NCBI GenBank assembly: GCA_963555825.3
Contig: CAUVXB020000002.1
Span: forward strand, 2,496,001 to 2,560,000
Reading direction: 5' to 3'
DNA: 64,000 nucleotides
From: Alphaproteobacteria bacterium
GTDB lineage: Bacteria > Pseudomonadota > Alphaproteobacteria > JAAXGF01
The first letter of the stretch is position 1, and every line of letters begins with the position of its first letter. The notes under the pieces are model-generated. The model was not told the DNA's origin, ran no database searches, and saw nothing but the letters and a program-made list of their open reading frames with translations. Shown piece by piece: positions 42,701 to 52,096 of the stretch. A program made the position numbers and the translations under genes.

Positions 42701-44576
42701 GTCGGGCGACGTGTTCGGCAACGGCATGCTGCTGTCCGAGCACATCCGCCTGATCGGCGCGTTCAACCACCTGCATATCTTCCTCGACCCCGAGCCGGAC
42801 GCGGCCAAGAGCTTCAAGGAACGCAAGCGCATGTTCGACCTGCCGCGCTCGACATGGCAGGACTATGACGCCAAGCTGGTTTCGAAGGGCGGCGGCGTCT
42901 ATGACCGCAAGGCGAAGTCGATCGACATCTCGCCCGAGGTCAAGAAGGCGCTCGGCATCAAGGCCGACAAGCTGACGCCAAACGAGCTGATCCACGCGAT
43001 GGTGCTAGCGCCGGTCGATCTGTTGTGGAACGGCGGCATCGGCACCTACGTCAAGGCGGCCGAGGAAAGCCACACCGAGGTCGGCGACCGCGCCAACGAC
43101 GCGATCCGCGTCAACGGCAAGCAGCTGCGCTGTCGTGTCGTCGGCGAGGGCGGCAATTTGGGACTGACCCAGCGCGGCCGCATCGAATACGCACTGGCCG
43201 GCGGCCGAATATTCACCGACGCGATCGACAACTCGGCCGGCGTCGATTGCTCGGACCACGAGGTCAACATCAAGATACTGCTAGGCGCCGTGGTCGCCGA
43301 CGGCGACATGACCGACAAGCAGCGCAACGACTTGCTCGCCAAGATGACCGACGAGGTCGGCGCGCTGGTGCTGCGCGACAACTACCAGCAGACCCAGTCG
43401 CTCAGCGTCGCGCTGGCGCAGGGCGCCGGCATGCTGGGCTCGCAGGCGCGGCTGATGCGCGGCCTCGAACGCAGCGGTGAACTCGACCGCGAGGTCGAGG
43501 ACCTGCCCGACGACGAGGCCATCGCCGAGCGGCAAAAGGCCGGCCGCGGCCTCACCGCGCCCGAACTTTCGGTGCTGTTCGCGTACTCCAAGATGTCGCT
43601 CTACAAGGCGCTGCTCGGTTCGGACCTGCCCGAGGACCCCTATCTCGCGATCGACCTGATGCGCTATTTCCCCGAGCCGCTGCGCGAGCGCTTCGACGAG
43701 ACGATCCGCGGTCACCAACTGCGCCGCGAGATCATCGCCACCTCGGTGACCAACTCGACGGTCAACCGGGTCGGCATCACCTTCGTCAACCAGCTCGCCG
43801 AAGAGGCCGGCTTCGAGCGCAGCGAGATCGCCCGCGCCTACTCGATCACGCGCGACGCCTTCGGTCTGCGTGAGCTGTGGGCCGAGATCGAGAGTCTCGA
43901 CAACAAGGTGCCGAGTGACGCGCAGACCGCGATGCTGCTCGATATCGGCCAGCTCGTCGAACGCTGCACGCGCTGGTTCCTGCGCAACAGCGGCGGGCCA
44001 CTCGATATCGCCGCCTCGATCGACAACTTCACGCCGGGCATCGCCAAGCTGTCCAAGCGGCTCAAGGACGTGCTGAGCGCCGGGCGTCACGACCGGCTGA
44101 CCAAGAAGACCCGGCGCTACACGGCCAAGGGCGCGCCCAAGGCGCTCGCCCAGCGCATCGCCAGCCTCGATCCGCTGGCCGCCGCGCTCGACATCATCAA
44201 CGCCGCGCAGCGCAACGACCTCGCCGTCGAGGCGGCGGGCAAGATCTATTTCCAGGTCGGCGAGCGCCTCGGCCTCGACTGGCTGCGCACCAGCGCGCGC
44301 GGCCTCAGCGCCAACACCCATTGGCAGCGCCAGGCCGTTACCGCCATCATCGACGACCTCTACGTCCAGCAGCGCGCGCTGACCAGCTCGGTCATCGAGG
44401 CCAACGGCGACGGCGACGGCGCGGTCGACGGCGTGGTCAACGGCTGGATCGACGCGAACCGCGCGGCGGTCGGCCGCAACGAGCAATTGCTCGCCGATCT
44501 ACGCAAGTCGGGCGCGGTCGACATCGCCATGCTCACCGTGGCGAACCGGCAAATCCGCGTCCTGGCGGCCGGCTGA
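39738..44576 (+). CDS. gdhB: Large NAD-specific glutamate dehydrogenase
   Basis: DMPFLVDS, ARGGLRWSDR, VAADKGTA, GDMSGDVFGNG; GGAGG RBS. Confidence 0.96.
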   Translation: MTSRAKDLNDELIETIVRQLHDRAPRAGADQLERFVRGYYDGVAPEDLIGFTADNLYGEACWMFRFAQKRAPNTPNIRVYNPHHEEHGWQSTRTIVEIVNDDMPFLVDSVAADLNRHDLTVHLLIHPILRVRRDDKGRLLDVLDPNDDAEDAAIESVLHVEVNQQTAQTALDALRESLERVLGDVRGTVEDFQPMRAKIDEIIAEVETSPPTLAEGDVAEGKAFLEWVRDDNFILLGIRDYTVDHVESEDFLRIVPDSGLGILRHTLPASIERSNQALSEDVNAFTRRKRLLFITKANTRSTVHRPVYMDFVGVRTFDKKGEVTGQHRILGLFTSTAYNRNPRDIPLLRHKVNKVLARSPFPNNSHNGKALLNILETYPRDELFQIRERELYDVAHGILHLEERQRIRLFIRRDDYARFFSCLIYVPRERYNTVLRERMKAVLLRSLKGASAEFTAQVSEAVMARLHFIVQTPDHVAHDYDVEHIEELLVKAARQWIDDLRDACVDHWGEGHGMEVYNRYDEAFPAAYRDDFNAQTAVFDIDKIDALDGPGAMAMNLYNRIDAADGVLNFKVYHPGNPVPLSDILPVLENMGLKVIEETPYRVGPAGDEDGFWIHDFSMISRRALEIDVAETREVFQDAFAKSWYHEAEDDGFNELVLCAGLTWREVTVLRAYCKYLRQAAITFSDRYMETTLTDNAPIARMLVELFVARFDPDGEKGRDKRVKELESRIAEGLDAVANLDEDRILRRFLNLVQATLRTNYFQTGADGGPKPSLAFKLDSKVIEELPLPRPWVDIFLFSPRVEAVHLRGGPVARGGLRWSDRREDFRTEILGLMKAQQVKNAVIVPLGSKGGFVVKRPPQSGGREAQLEEGIACYKTMIAGMLDITDNLVAGAVVAPDRVVRYDGDDPYLVVAADKGTATFSDIANGIAIDYGHWLGDAFASGGSAGYDHKGMGITARGAWESVKRHFREMGVDCQTIDFTCIGIGDMSGDVFGNGMLLSEHIRLIGAFNHLHIFLDPEPDAAKSFKERKRMFDLPRSTWQDYDAKLVSKGGGVYDRKAKSIDISPEVKKALGIKADKLTPNELIHAMVLAPVDLLWNGGIGTYVKAAEESHTEVGDRANDAIRVNGKQLRCRVVGEGGNLGLTQRGRIEYALAGGRIFTDAIDNSAGVDCSDHEVNIKILLGAVVADGDMTDKQRNDLLAKMTDEVGALVLRDNYQQTQSLSVALAQGAGMLGSQARLMRGLERSGELDREVEDLPDDEAIAERQKAGRGLTAPELSVLFAYSKMSLYKALLGSDLPEDPYLAIDLMRYFPEPLRERFDETIRGHQLRREIIATSVTNSTVNRVGITFVNQLAEEAGFERSEIARAYSITRDAFGLRELWAEIESLDNKVPSDAQTAMLLDIGQLVERCTRWFLRNSGGPLDIAASIDNFTPGIAKLSKRLKDVLSAGRHDRLTKKTRRYTAKGAPKALAQRIASLDPLAAALDIINAAQRNDLAVEAAGKIYFQVGERLGLDWLRTSARGLSANTHWQRQAVTAIIDDLYVQQRALTSSVIEANGDGDGAVDGVVNGWIDANRAAVGRNEQLLADLRKSGAVDIAMLTVANRQIRVLAAG

Positions 44577-44587
44577 CGGGGGCCGCT

Positions 44588-45883
44588 ATCGCGCAAGGCG
44601 AGCACCGAACCACGGCCGCGAACCCGGCCCGGCGCCGCGCCATCGCCGCCTGGTGCCTGTTCGACTGGGCCAATTCGCCCTTCCCGACGGTCATCGTCAC
44701 CTTCGTCTTCGCCGCCTATTTCACCGAGGCCATCGTCGGCGACAGCGTGCGTGGCACCGCGATGTGGGGCAACGCGCTGGCGGCGAGCGCACTGGTGGTC
44801 GCCGTGCTCGGGCCGCTGATGGGCGCGCTGGTCGACGCCGGCGGGCGGCGCAAGCCGCTGCTCGCCGCCTGCTCGGCGGTCACCATCGTCGGCGCCGCTG
44901 CGCTCTGGTTCGCCGAGCCCGAACCATCGCACGCCTTGTGGGCGGCGGTCTGCGTCGCGGTCGCCAATGCCGGCTTCGAGCTCGGCATGGTGTTCTACAA
45001 CGCCATGCTGCCCGGCCTCGCCGGACCGGGGCGCGTCGGCCGGCTGTCGGGCTGGGGCTGGGCGCTGGGCTACGCCGGCGGCCTGGTCTGCCTGGTCGTC
45101 GCTCTGGTCGCCTTCGTCCAGGCCGACCCGGCGCCGTTTGGACTCGACGTCGCGAGCGCCGAGCATATCCGCATCGTCGCGCCGCTCGCCGCGCTCTGGT
45201 TCGTCGCCTTCGGCTGGCCGATTTTCGTCTTCACGCCGGACACGCCGTCAAGCGGCGCGCCGGTCGGCGCGACGCTGCGCCGTGGCGCCGCCCAGCTGTG
45301 GACCACGCTGCGCCAATTCCGCGCCCAGCCGACGATCTTCCGCTTCCTGATCGCGCGCATGATCTTCATCGACGGACTCAACACGCTGTTCGCCTTCGGC
45401 GGTATCTACGCGGCGGGCACCTTCGGCATGGACATGGCAGGCGTCATCGGCTTCGCCATCGCGCTCAACGTCAGCGCGGGGTTTGGCGCGCTCGGCTTCG
45501 GCTGGGTCGACGACCGGCTCGGCGCCAAGCGGACGCTTGTCATCTCGCTGATCGGCCTGCTGGTCGCCGGATCACTCGGCGTCGTGGCGCCGTCGGCGGC
45601 GTGGTTCTGGGTCGCCGGCATGGCGATCGGAGTCTTCATCGGGCCGACCCAGTCGGCCAGCCGCTCGATGATGGCCCGTCTCGCGCCGCCCGAACGCATC
45701 AACGAGATGTTCGGCCTGCTCGCGCTTTCGGGCAAGGTGACCGCCTTCGCCGGGCCGCTGTTGGTCGGCTGGGTGACGCTGGCGTCGGGCAGCCAGCGCG
45801 TCGGCATGGCGACGATCCTGGTGTTCTTCGCCGTCGGTCTCGTTCTGCTGCTGCCGCTCCGCGTGCCCGGCGAAACGGACTGA
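44588..45883 (+). CDS. MFS transporter (UMF1/Atg22-like); start codon non-canonical or lost
   Basis: WCLFDWANS, FYNAMLP, QSASRS, SGKVTAFAGP; no plausible ATG/GTG/TTG before TM1. Confidence 0.85.
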   Translation: MAQGEHRTTAANPARRRAIAAWCLFDWANSPFPTVIVTFVFAAYFTEAIVGDSVRGTAMWGNALAASALVVAVLGPLMGALVDAGGRRKPLLAACSAVTIVGAAALWFAEPEPSHALWAAVCVAVANAGFELGMVFYNAMLPGLAGPGRVGRLSGWGWALGYAGGLVCLVVALVAFVQADPAPFGLDVASAEHIRIVAPLAALWFVAFGWPIFVFTPDTPSSGAPVGATLRRGAAQLWTTLRQFRAQPTIFRFLIARMIFIDGLNTLFAFGGIYAAGTFGMDMAGVIGFAIALNVSAGFGALGFGWVDDRLGAKRTLVISLIGLLVAGSLGVVAPSAAWFWVAGMAIGVFIGPTQSASRSMMARLAPPERINEMFGLLALSGKVTAFAGPLLVGWVTLASGSQRVGMATILVFFAVGLVLLLPLRVPGETD

Positions 45884-45885
45884 AT

Positions 45886-46029
45886 CATAATCCGATCGAA
45901 TAGAATCGGCCGGACTATACCAGCCTGCGACCGCAGGCCGCCGACCGTTCGGCCAGTGTTGATCCCATAAGATTGGCATGCGCGGCGATTGAGCGCAGGT
46001 CACCTTTAGGTGACCGCACAAAGGTCTAA
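45886..46029 (+). repeat. Family-B repeat copy 4 (one sub-hairpin)
   Basis: cataatccgatcg...ccagcctgcgaccgcaggccgccgaccgttcggcc...gcatgcgcggcgattgagcgcaggtcacc. Confidence 0.88.
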
Positions 46030-46035
46030 CCCCAA

Positions 46036-46887
46036 TCAGGCGGCGCCGTAGCGGCGGCTGCGCTCGGCCTCGTCGGTCTCGGCGCTGCGGAACAGCACCT
46101 TGTGGCGGCGCCGCGGGATCTCGGCGACCAGCGCCAGCGCCGTCGGATCGAGATCGGCGGCCGGCCGCGCCTCGGGCTCGAAATGGCCGCAGGTGTCGGC
46201 GCCGCGCACCAGCAACGCCATGTCGTTGTCGATCGCGGTCTGGCGCACCTCGGGCGCGATGAACTGGAAGTTGAGGCCGATGCGCCGCTCGTCGGAATGG
46301 CTCGGCTGCGAGCCGTGCACGACGCGGCCGTGATGCAGCGACATCTGACCCGGCGCGAGCCGCACATCGACCGCGCTGTCCTCGTCGATCTCGGCGGTGA
46401 TGGTCTGACCCCGGCTCAACAGGTTGTCGGCCTCGAAGGTGTCGGCGTGCGGCAGGATGTCCTGCGCGTGGCTGCCCGGAATGACGCGCATGCCGCCGTT
46501 CTCGGGGCCGACCGGCGAGAGCGCCAGCCACACCGAGACGACGCCCTCGGCCGGCTCGACGCCCCAATAGGTCAGGTCCTGGTGCCAACTGACGAAGCGG
46601 TCGTCATGGGGCTCCTTGATGATGAAGGCGCCGTCCCACAACAGAAGGTTCGGCCCGATGACGTCCTCGGCCGCATCGAGCAGCGCCGGGTGATGCGCCA
46701 ACTCGTCAGCGAGCAGCATCGTCAGGTACGGCTTCATGGCGTATTTCATCCTGCCGTGCTCGGCCTCGAACGCCTCGAGTCGGCGGCGGCAATCGAGCGC
46801 CTCCCGCGTGCTCAAGATGTCGATTGGAAAGACGCAGCCGTCGTCGTGATAGCGGCGCAGCTCCGCGTCCGACAGATGCTTGCCCAT
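46036..46887 (-). CDS. Phytanoyl-CoA dioxygenase family 2OG-Fe(II) oxygenase
   Basis: WHQD, VIPGSH, HGS...RRIG. Confidence 0.9.
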   Translation of the reverse strand: MGKHLSDAELRRYHDDGCVFPIDILSTREALDCRRRLEAFEAEHGRMKYAMKPYLTMLLADELAHHPALLDAAEDVIGPNLLLWDGAFIIKEPHDDRFVSWHQDLTYWGVEPAEGVVSVWLALSPVGPENGGMRVIPGSHAQDILPHADTFEADNLLSRGQTITAEIDEDSAVDVRLAPGQMSLHHGRVVHGSQPSHSDERRIGLNFQFIAPEVRQTAIDNDMALLVRGADTCGHFEPEARPAADLDPTALALVAEIPRRRHKVLFRSAETDEAERSRRYGAA

Positions 46888-46991
46888 GGCGCACCCCGCT
46901 TGTCCGGCGTCTCTCGCGCCACCGTCATCGAGAGCCGGCCCCGCGTCAACGCAAAAATGCACGCGCACCCGCGGGCGCTATAGTGGTGGTC

Positions 46992-47819
46992 ATGGGCGAC
47001 GGCGATTACACCGAGGCCGACTTCACAGGCCAGCAGATCGTCTGGGGCGAGGGCTACATGTCGCCGGGCGGCGCCGCCGAGGTCGCCGCGGTGGTCGCGG
47101 GCCTCGATATCGAAGGACGCGACGTGCTCGACATCGGCTGCGGGCTGGGCGGCCCGAGCGTCGACCTGGTGGCGAACCACGGCGCCGGCCGCGTCACCGG
47201 CATCGACACCCAGGCGGCGCAAATCGCCTATGCGCGGGCGCTCGCCGATCGCCAAGATGTCGCCGACCGCACCGCCTTCGAACGCGTCGACCCGGGGTCC
47301 CTGCTTTTCGCGAACGCCACCTTCGACGTCGTCTTCTCCATGGGCGCGCTGATGCAGATCGCCGGCAAGCCGGCGCTCTTCGCTGAGGCCTTCCGCGTGC
47401 TGCGTCCGGGCGGCTCGTTCACCGCCAACGACCTGCTCAGGCCGGACGACGGGCCGCTGCCGACCGCCTTGGCCGGTTTCGTGGCAACCGCCGGCCTGAT
47501 CTACCACTGGGCCTCGCTCGCGACGACGCGCGACGCGCTCGACGGCGCCGGCTTCACCGACGTCGCGATCGACGACCGCGGCGCCTGGTACCGCGACCAG
47601 TTGCGCGGCGACATCGCGCGCCTCGAGTCGGGGCCGACGGGTGCACGTCTGCGCGCGGCGTTCGGCGACGACGGCCGCGACGCCTGGATCGATCTGTGGT
47701 CGCGTTTGGAGGCGCTGGTCGCGGCCGGCGACCTCCGCCCGGTCCAGCTGCGCGCCATCAGGCCGATCAGCCCCGGTCGTCGAACGGCGCCTCGGCGATG
47801 TCCTGGCACATTTGGATGA
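46992..47819 (+). CDS. SAM-dependent methyltransferase (N-methyltransferase-like)
   Basis: WGEGYMSPGG, LDIGCGLGG, RVLRPGG; 3' end overlaps the convergent gene by 53 bp. Confidence 0.85.
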   Translation: MGDGDYTEADFTGQQIVWGEGYMSPGGAAEVAAVVAGLDIEGRDVLDIGCGLGGPSVDLVANHGAGRVTGIDTQAAQIAYARALADRQDVADRTAFERVDPGSLLFANATFDVVFSMGALMQIAGKPALFAEAFRVLRPGGSFTANDLLRPDDGPLPTALAGFVATAGLIYHWASLATTRDALDGAGFTDVAIDDRGAWYRDQLRGDIARLESGPTGARLRAAFGDDGRDAWIDLWSRLEALVAAGDLRPVQLRAIRPISPGRRTAPRRCPGTFG

Positions 47820-48927
47820 CGTCGCCCATGTAGTGCTCGTCGTAGCCCGATTCGTCCTCGAGCACGCTGAAGAAGGCGACCGAGACGCCACTCTCGGGGT
47901 CGGCCAGCAGGTATTGCCCGCCATAGCCGCCGTGACCGACCCAACGGCCGTTGGTCTGCAGGTGGCGGCAATAGCGCAGCCACTCGCGCGGCGCGGGGAA
48001 ATGCTTGGCCCGGGCGGTCCGCGCCTCGTCGATGAAGGCGCGGCTGCCGACCGCCTGACCGCCGATGCCGAGGCCGCCGCGCACGAAGATCTGGCCGTAG
48101 CGGGCGAGGTCGCGCGCGGTCATGGCGCCGCCGCCGTCGAGGATCGACATGCCCTCGCGATCGGTCGAGACGTGAAAGCTGTGCTCGAGGCCCGCCGCCT
48201 CGACGATGTCGATCAGGTGGTCGCGCAGCGGCCGACCGCCGGCCAGTTCGGCGATCCAGGCCAGCACGTCGGTGTTGGCCGACTTGTAGAGCACCTCCGG
48301 GCCATCGTTGACGATGTCGTCGCTCTCGATGCCGCAGACGAATTCTCGGTTGGTGATCTCGGCCTGGCCGGGACCGGGCAGGCGCCAGCCCATCGACACC
48401 TCGTGATCGAACACGGCCTCCGCCGGGTCGCCGTAGTCCTCGCCGTAGTCGTTGGCGACATTCATGTCGAGCACGTCGCGCAGACTCGCGCCGGCATAGC
48501 CCGAACCGATCTCGGGAAGGTGATCGCCGACCTTGCTATCGAGATCGATGCGGCCCTGCTCGACGAGCCGGCCGTAGATAAGGTTGACCGTCGTCTTGGT
48601 GATCGACTGGATGCTGTGCGGCCGGTCGGGTCCGAAATCGGCCGCGTAACGCTCGTAAACGAGGGTGTTGCCACGCACCACGGCGAGGCCCGAGAAGATC
48701 GTCGTCGCGGTCATCCGGCGCACCGCGTCCATGTCGGCGATGCGCCGGTCGATGTCGCGCCGCAGCACCAGCACATCGCGCGACCGCAGGCTGAGCCCGT
48801 AGCGGTTGTTGCGATAGAGATTATGGAACCCCCAGCGCCGGTGCTCGGCGGTGTTCCACCGGGTGCGCCGGCCCTCGGTGACGACGAGGTCGGGGTTGGG
48901 CGTGGTGACGATGACGTTTGACGTCAT
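47767..48927 (-). CDS. Serine hydrolase, beta-lactamase/NylB-like amidase
   Basis: SITK (SxxK), YKSANT, MTARDLARYG, HGGYGGQ. Confidence 0.88.
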   Translation of the reverse strand: MTSNVIVTTPNPDLVVTEGRRTRWNTAEHRRWGFHNLYRNNRYGLSLRSRDVLVLRRDIDRRIADMDAVRRMTATTIFSGLAVVRGNTLVYERYAADFGPDRPHSIQSITKTTVNLIYGRLVEQGRIDLDSKVGDHLPEIGSGYAGASLRDVLDMNVANDYGEDYGDPAEAVFDHEVSMGWRLPGPGQAEITNREFVCGIESDDIVNDGPEVLYKSANTDVLAWIAELAGGRPLRDHLIDIVEAAGLEHSFHVSTDREGMSILDGGGAMTARDLARYGQIFVRGGLGIGGQAVGSRAFIDEARTARAKHFPAPREWLRYCRHLQTNGRWVGHGGYGGQYLLADPESGVSVAFFSVLEDESGYDEHYMGDVIQMCQDIAEAPFDDRG

Positions 48928-48985
48928 AATGTGGACCCTCTGCGTTTTGTGTCGCGCCGGCGCGGGTTCGGCTTCGCGGCGCGTT

Positions 48986-49022
48986 ATACCAGGGACCAAT
49001 GACAAAGGCCCAGAGAGACGGC
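48986..49022. repeat. Solo degenerate family-A TIR
   Basis: ataccagggaccaatgacaaaggcccagagagacggc versus ataccaaggaccagtgataaagacccctagagacggc. Confidence 0.7.
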
Positions 49023-49113
49023 GTTACACCGCCGCCGGTTTGGCGTTAGAATTTTGCCTCGGGCCCGGCAACGACCGGAACCGCGCCAGTCGCGCGATCA
49101 GAGGAGACAAGCC

Positions 49114-49416
49114 ATGACCGACATCGATGCCACGCGCCGTGACCTGGTCGTGGCGTTCAATGCGAACCCGGGCGGCCCGCATAGCCCCGAGCTGCAGCGC
49201 CTGGTCAACAAGCTGCGCTTCGAGCCGACCATGAAAGGCAAATACGCGGTGGTCTGCACCAAACCGCACGAGGAATGGACGCTGGCGCAGCTTCCCGGCG
49301 AGCGCGGCAAACCAATTCGCATGCACGAGGACCGGGTCTTCACCAGCCTCGACGATGCCGAGCGGGCGATCTTCAAGCTGCGCTGGGAAGCGCATACCGG
49401 TGAGACGCTGGATTGA
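49114..49416 (+). CDS. dmfA1: N,N-dimethylformamidase small-subunit-like protein
   Basis: NPGGPHSPELQRLVNKLR...GKYAVVCTKPH..W...AIFKLRW; GAGGAG RBS; precedes the large subunit. Confidence 0.75.
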   Translation: MTDIDATRRDLVVAFNANPGGPHSPELQRLVNKLRFEPTMKGKYAVVCTKPHEEWTLAQLPGERGKPIRMHEDRVFTSLDDAERAIFKLRWEAHTGETLD

Positions 49417-49438
49417 CCGGCCGGGCGGAGGACGCGCT

Positions 49439-51652
49439 ATGAGATCACTCTTCGGCTACAGCGATCGCATCAGCGCCCGGCCGGGCGATACGATCAGCTT
49501 CATGGTCAGCAGCCTCGGTGGCACGCCCTACCGGGCCGACATCGTCCAGCTGATCTGCGGTGACGACAGCCCGGCGGGACCCGGCTTCAAGGAGACGGCC
49601 GTCGAGACGGCGATCAATGGCGACTACGAGGGCCGTGCGCAAGCGATCCACGACGGCTCGTATGTGACGGTGCCGCGCGCGCCAGTGCTCGATGGCATCA
49701 CCAGCTTCACCCTGCAGGCGATGGTTTGGCCGACGACGCCGGGCCGGGGCCGCCAAGCCATGCTCGGCAAGTGGCGCGACGACACCGGGGCCGGCTTCGG
49801 CCTGTATATCGACGAGGGTGGCGCTGCCGCGCTGCGCGTCGGCGACGGTTCCGGTCGCGTCGATGTCGTGAGCGTCGGGACCGCCATGGTCGCCCGGGAA
49901 TGGTACTTCGTCGCCGCGAGCTTCGATGCCGAGAGCCGCGAGATGCGCGTCTTTCAGGAACCGTTGGCCGACAGTCCCGGTGTCGGCGATGCGACGTCGG
50001 CCGACGCCACGGCGACGATCGACGGGGCGATGAAGAGCGACGCGCCGTTGCTCATGGCGGCGCAGAGCGCGGCGCCCGACGCGCCCGTCGGCGCCCACTA
50101 CAACGGCAAGCTCGACCGTCCCCGGCTGGCGAGCCGGGCGTTGTCGAGGGCCGAAATCGAGCGCCTGAAGGCGACGACGATACCGGGAGACTTGCGCGCC
50201 GACATCGTCGGCTGGTGGGATTTCTCGTGCGACATCGACGGCACGCGCGTCACCGATCGCTCGCCCAACCGGCTGCACGGCGAGACCGTCAATCTGCCGA
50301 CGCGCGGCATGCGGGGCTTCAACTGGACCGGCGACGAGCAGTGCTGGCGCCACGCGCCCGACGAGTACGGCGCCATCCACTTCCACGACGACGACCTCTA
50401 CGACGCCGGCTGGCAGGCCGACTTCGCGCTCACCGTGCCCGAGACGATGGCGAGCGGGGTCTACTGCGCACGCCTGATCGGCGCCGACGACGAGGAGCGC
50501 ATCCCGTTCTTCGTGCGCCCCGCGGCGGGCGCGCCGACGGCCGATGCGGTGCTGCTGATCTCGACCGCGACGTTCATGGCCTACGCCAACATGCAGTGGG
50601 ACATGAACACGATCTTCGCCGAGCCAAAGAAGGGCGCCATCACGGTGCTCAGCCCGGAGGATGTATTTCTTCAGGAGAACCCTGGCTATGGCCTCTCGCT
50701 CTACGACAAGCATGCCGACCAGTCGGGCGTCTGCTATTCGTCGCGGCTCCGGCCGATCTTCAACATGCGGCCAAGGACCGGGCTGTGGAGTTTCAACGCC
50801 GACACCCATGTCACCGACTGGCTCGCGACGATCGGCCAGGCCTACGACGTGGTCACCGACGAAGACCTCCACGCCGACGGCGTCGCGGCGCTGGCGCCCT
50901 ACTGCGTGGTGGTCACCGGCGCGCACCCCGAGTACTGGTCGACGCCGATGTGGCACGCGATGGTCGCCTATCAGCGCCGCGGCGGCCGGCTGATGTACCT
51001 CGGCGGCAACGGTTTCTACTGGCGCATCGCCTATCACGACACGCTGCCCGGCGTCATCGAGCTGCGCCGCGCCGAGGGCGGCATGCGCTACCAATCGACC
51101 GAGCCGGGCGAGTACTACCAAAGCTTCAACGGCGAGCTCGGCGGGTTGCGGCGCCGGGTCGGCACGCCGCCAAACACGCTGGTCGGCGCCGGCACGGTCG
51201 CGACCGGCTTCGATTCGGCGTCGTACTACCTGCGCACCGAGGCGAGCCACGATCCACGCGCGACGTTCATCTTCGAGGGCGTCGGCGACGACGAGCTGAT
51301 CGGCGACTTCGGCACGCTGCTCGGCGGCGCCGCGGGCGTCGAGCTCGACGGCGCCAACCGCAAGCTCGGCACGCCGCCGCACGCCCTCGTCGTGGCCCGC
51401 TCGGAGGGCCATTCGCAGCTCTACTTTCTGTGCCCCGAGGAGACGCCGTTCCACCACCCGGTGATGAGCGGCGCCGAGAACCCCCGGGTGCGCGCCGACC
51501 TGTTGTTCTACGAGACGTCACGCGGCGGCGGCGTGTTTACCACCGGCTCGATTTCGTGGTGCGCGGCGCTGGCGCATAACGGCTACGACAACAACGTCGC
51601 GCGCATCACCGGCAACGTGCTGAAGCGCTTCCTCGACCCCGCGCCGCTCTAG
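49439..51652 (+). CDS. dmfA2: N,N-dimethylformamidase large-subunit family protein
   Basis: GYSDRISARPG, LamG-like insert, GAIHFHDDDL, AYAN, SLYD.H, HPEYWS, YLGGNGFYW, GVELD. Confidence 0.88.
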   Translation: MRSLFGYSDRISARPGDTISFMVSSLGGTPYRADIVQLICGDDSPAGPGFKETAVETAINGDYEGRAQAIHDGSYVTVPRAPVLDGITSFTLQAMVWPTTPGRGRQAMLGKWRDDTGAGFGLYIDEGGAAALRVGDGSGRVDVVSVGTAMVAREWYFVAASFDAESREMRVFQEPLADSPGVGDATSADATATIDGAMKSDAPLLMAAQSAAPDAPVGAHYNGKLDRPRLASRALSRAEIERLKATTIPGDLRADIVGWWDFSCDIDGTRVTDRSPNRLHGETVNLPTRGMRGFNWTGDEQCWRHAPDEYGAIHFHDDDLYDAGWQADFALTVPETMASGVYCARLIGADDEERIPFFVRPAAGAPTADAVLLISTATFMAYANMQWDMNTIFAEPKKGAITVLSPEDVFLQENPGYGLSLYDKHADQSGVCYSSRLRPIFNMRPRTGLWSFNADTHVTDWLATIGQAYDVVTDEDLHADGVAALAPYCVVVTGAHPEYWSTPMWHAMVAYQRRGGRLMYLGGNGFYWRIAYHDTLPGVIELRRAEGGMRYQSTEPGEYYQSFNGELGGLRRRVGTPPNTLVGAGTVATGFDSASYYLRTEASHDPRATFIFEGVGDDELIGDFGTLLGGAAGVELDGANRKLGTPPHALVVARSEGHSQLYFLCPEETPFHHPVMSGAENPRVRADLLFYETSRGGGVFTTGSISWCAALAHNGYDNNVARITGNVLKRFLDPAPL

Positions 51653-51695
51653 CCGTTGCGCGCGACACTTTGGCGTGGATCGGAGGATAAGTCAG

Positions 51696-52064
51696 ATGTG
51701 GCAAGCGAAAGTCATCAAGGCCGAAGACGTCGTCTTCGAGGATCGCGTCGGACAGCATCCGGTGAAGACGCGCTTCGCGCGCATCGTCCGTCAGCCGCTG
51801 AGCGGCGGCCTCGGCTTCGGAATTTTGGAGGTCGACGACATCGACGCCGACTGGTTCATAAACTACGACGAGATATTCTACATCCTGGAGGGCAATTTCC
51901 GGGTCATCATCGGCGATGAGGTCTTCGAGGGTAACGCCGGCGACACCATCTTCCGGCCCAAGGATACGCAATTGCACTACGAATCGACCGGCAAGGCGAA
52001 ACTGCTCTACATCGTCCATCCCGAGGGGAACGTCCGCTGGCGGCTGCTCGTCGGCCGCGACTGA
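51696..52064 (+). CDS. Cupin domain protein (EutQ-like)
   Basis: YDEIFYILEG...AGDTIFRPK; GGAGG RBS. Confidence 0.8.
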   Translation: MWQAKVIKAEDVVFEDRVGQHPVKTRFARIVRQPLSGGLGFGILEVDDIDADWFINYDEIFYILEGNFRVIIGDEVFEGNAGDTIFRPKDTQLHYESTGKAKLLYIVHPEGNVRWRLLVGRD

Positions 52065-52096
52065 CCGAATTCGCCGACGGTGCGGACCTAGTCTCC

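Noticed and set aside
39903-42995. 1030-aa antisense ORF and other long shadow ORFs (34830-37601, 30500-32566, 49445-51457)
   Set aside because: Expected by-products of GC-rich codon usage opposite real genes; no motifs
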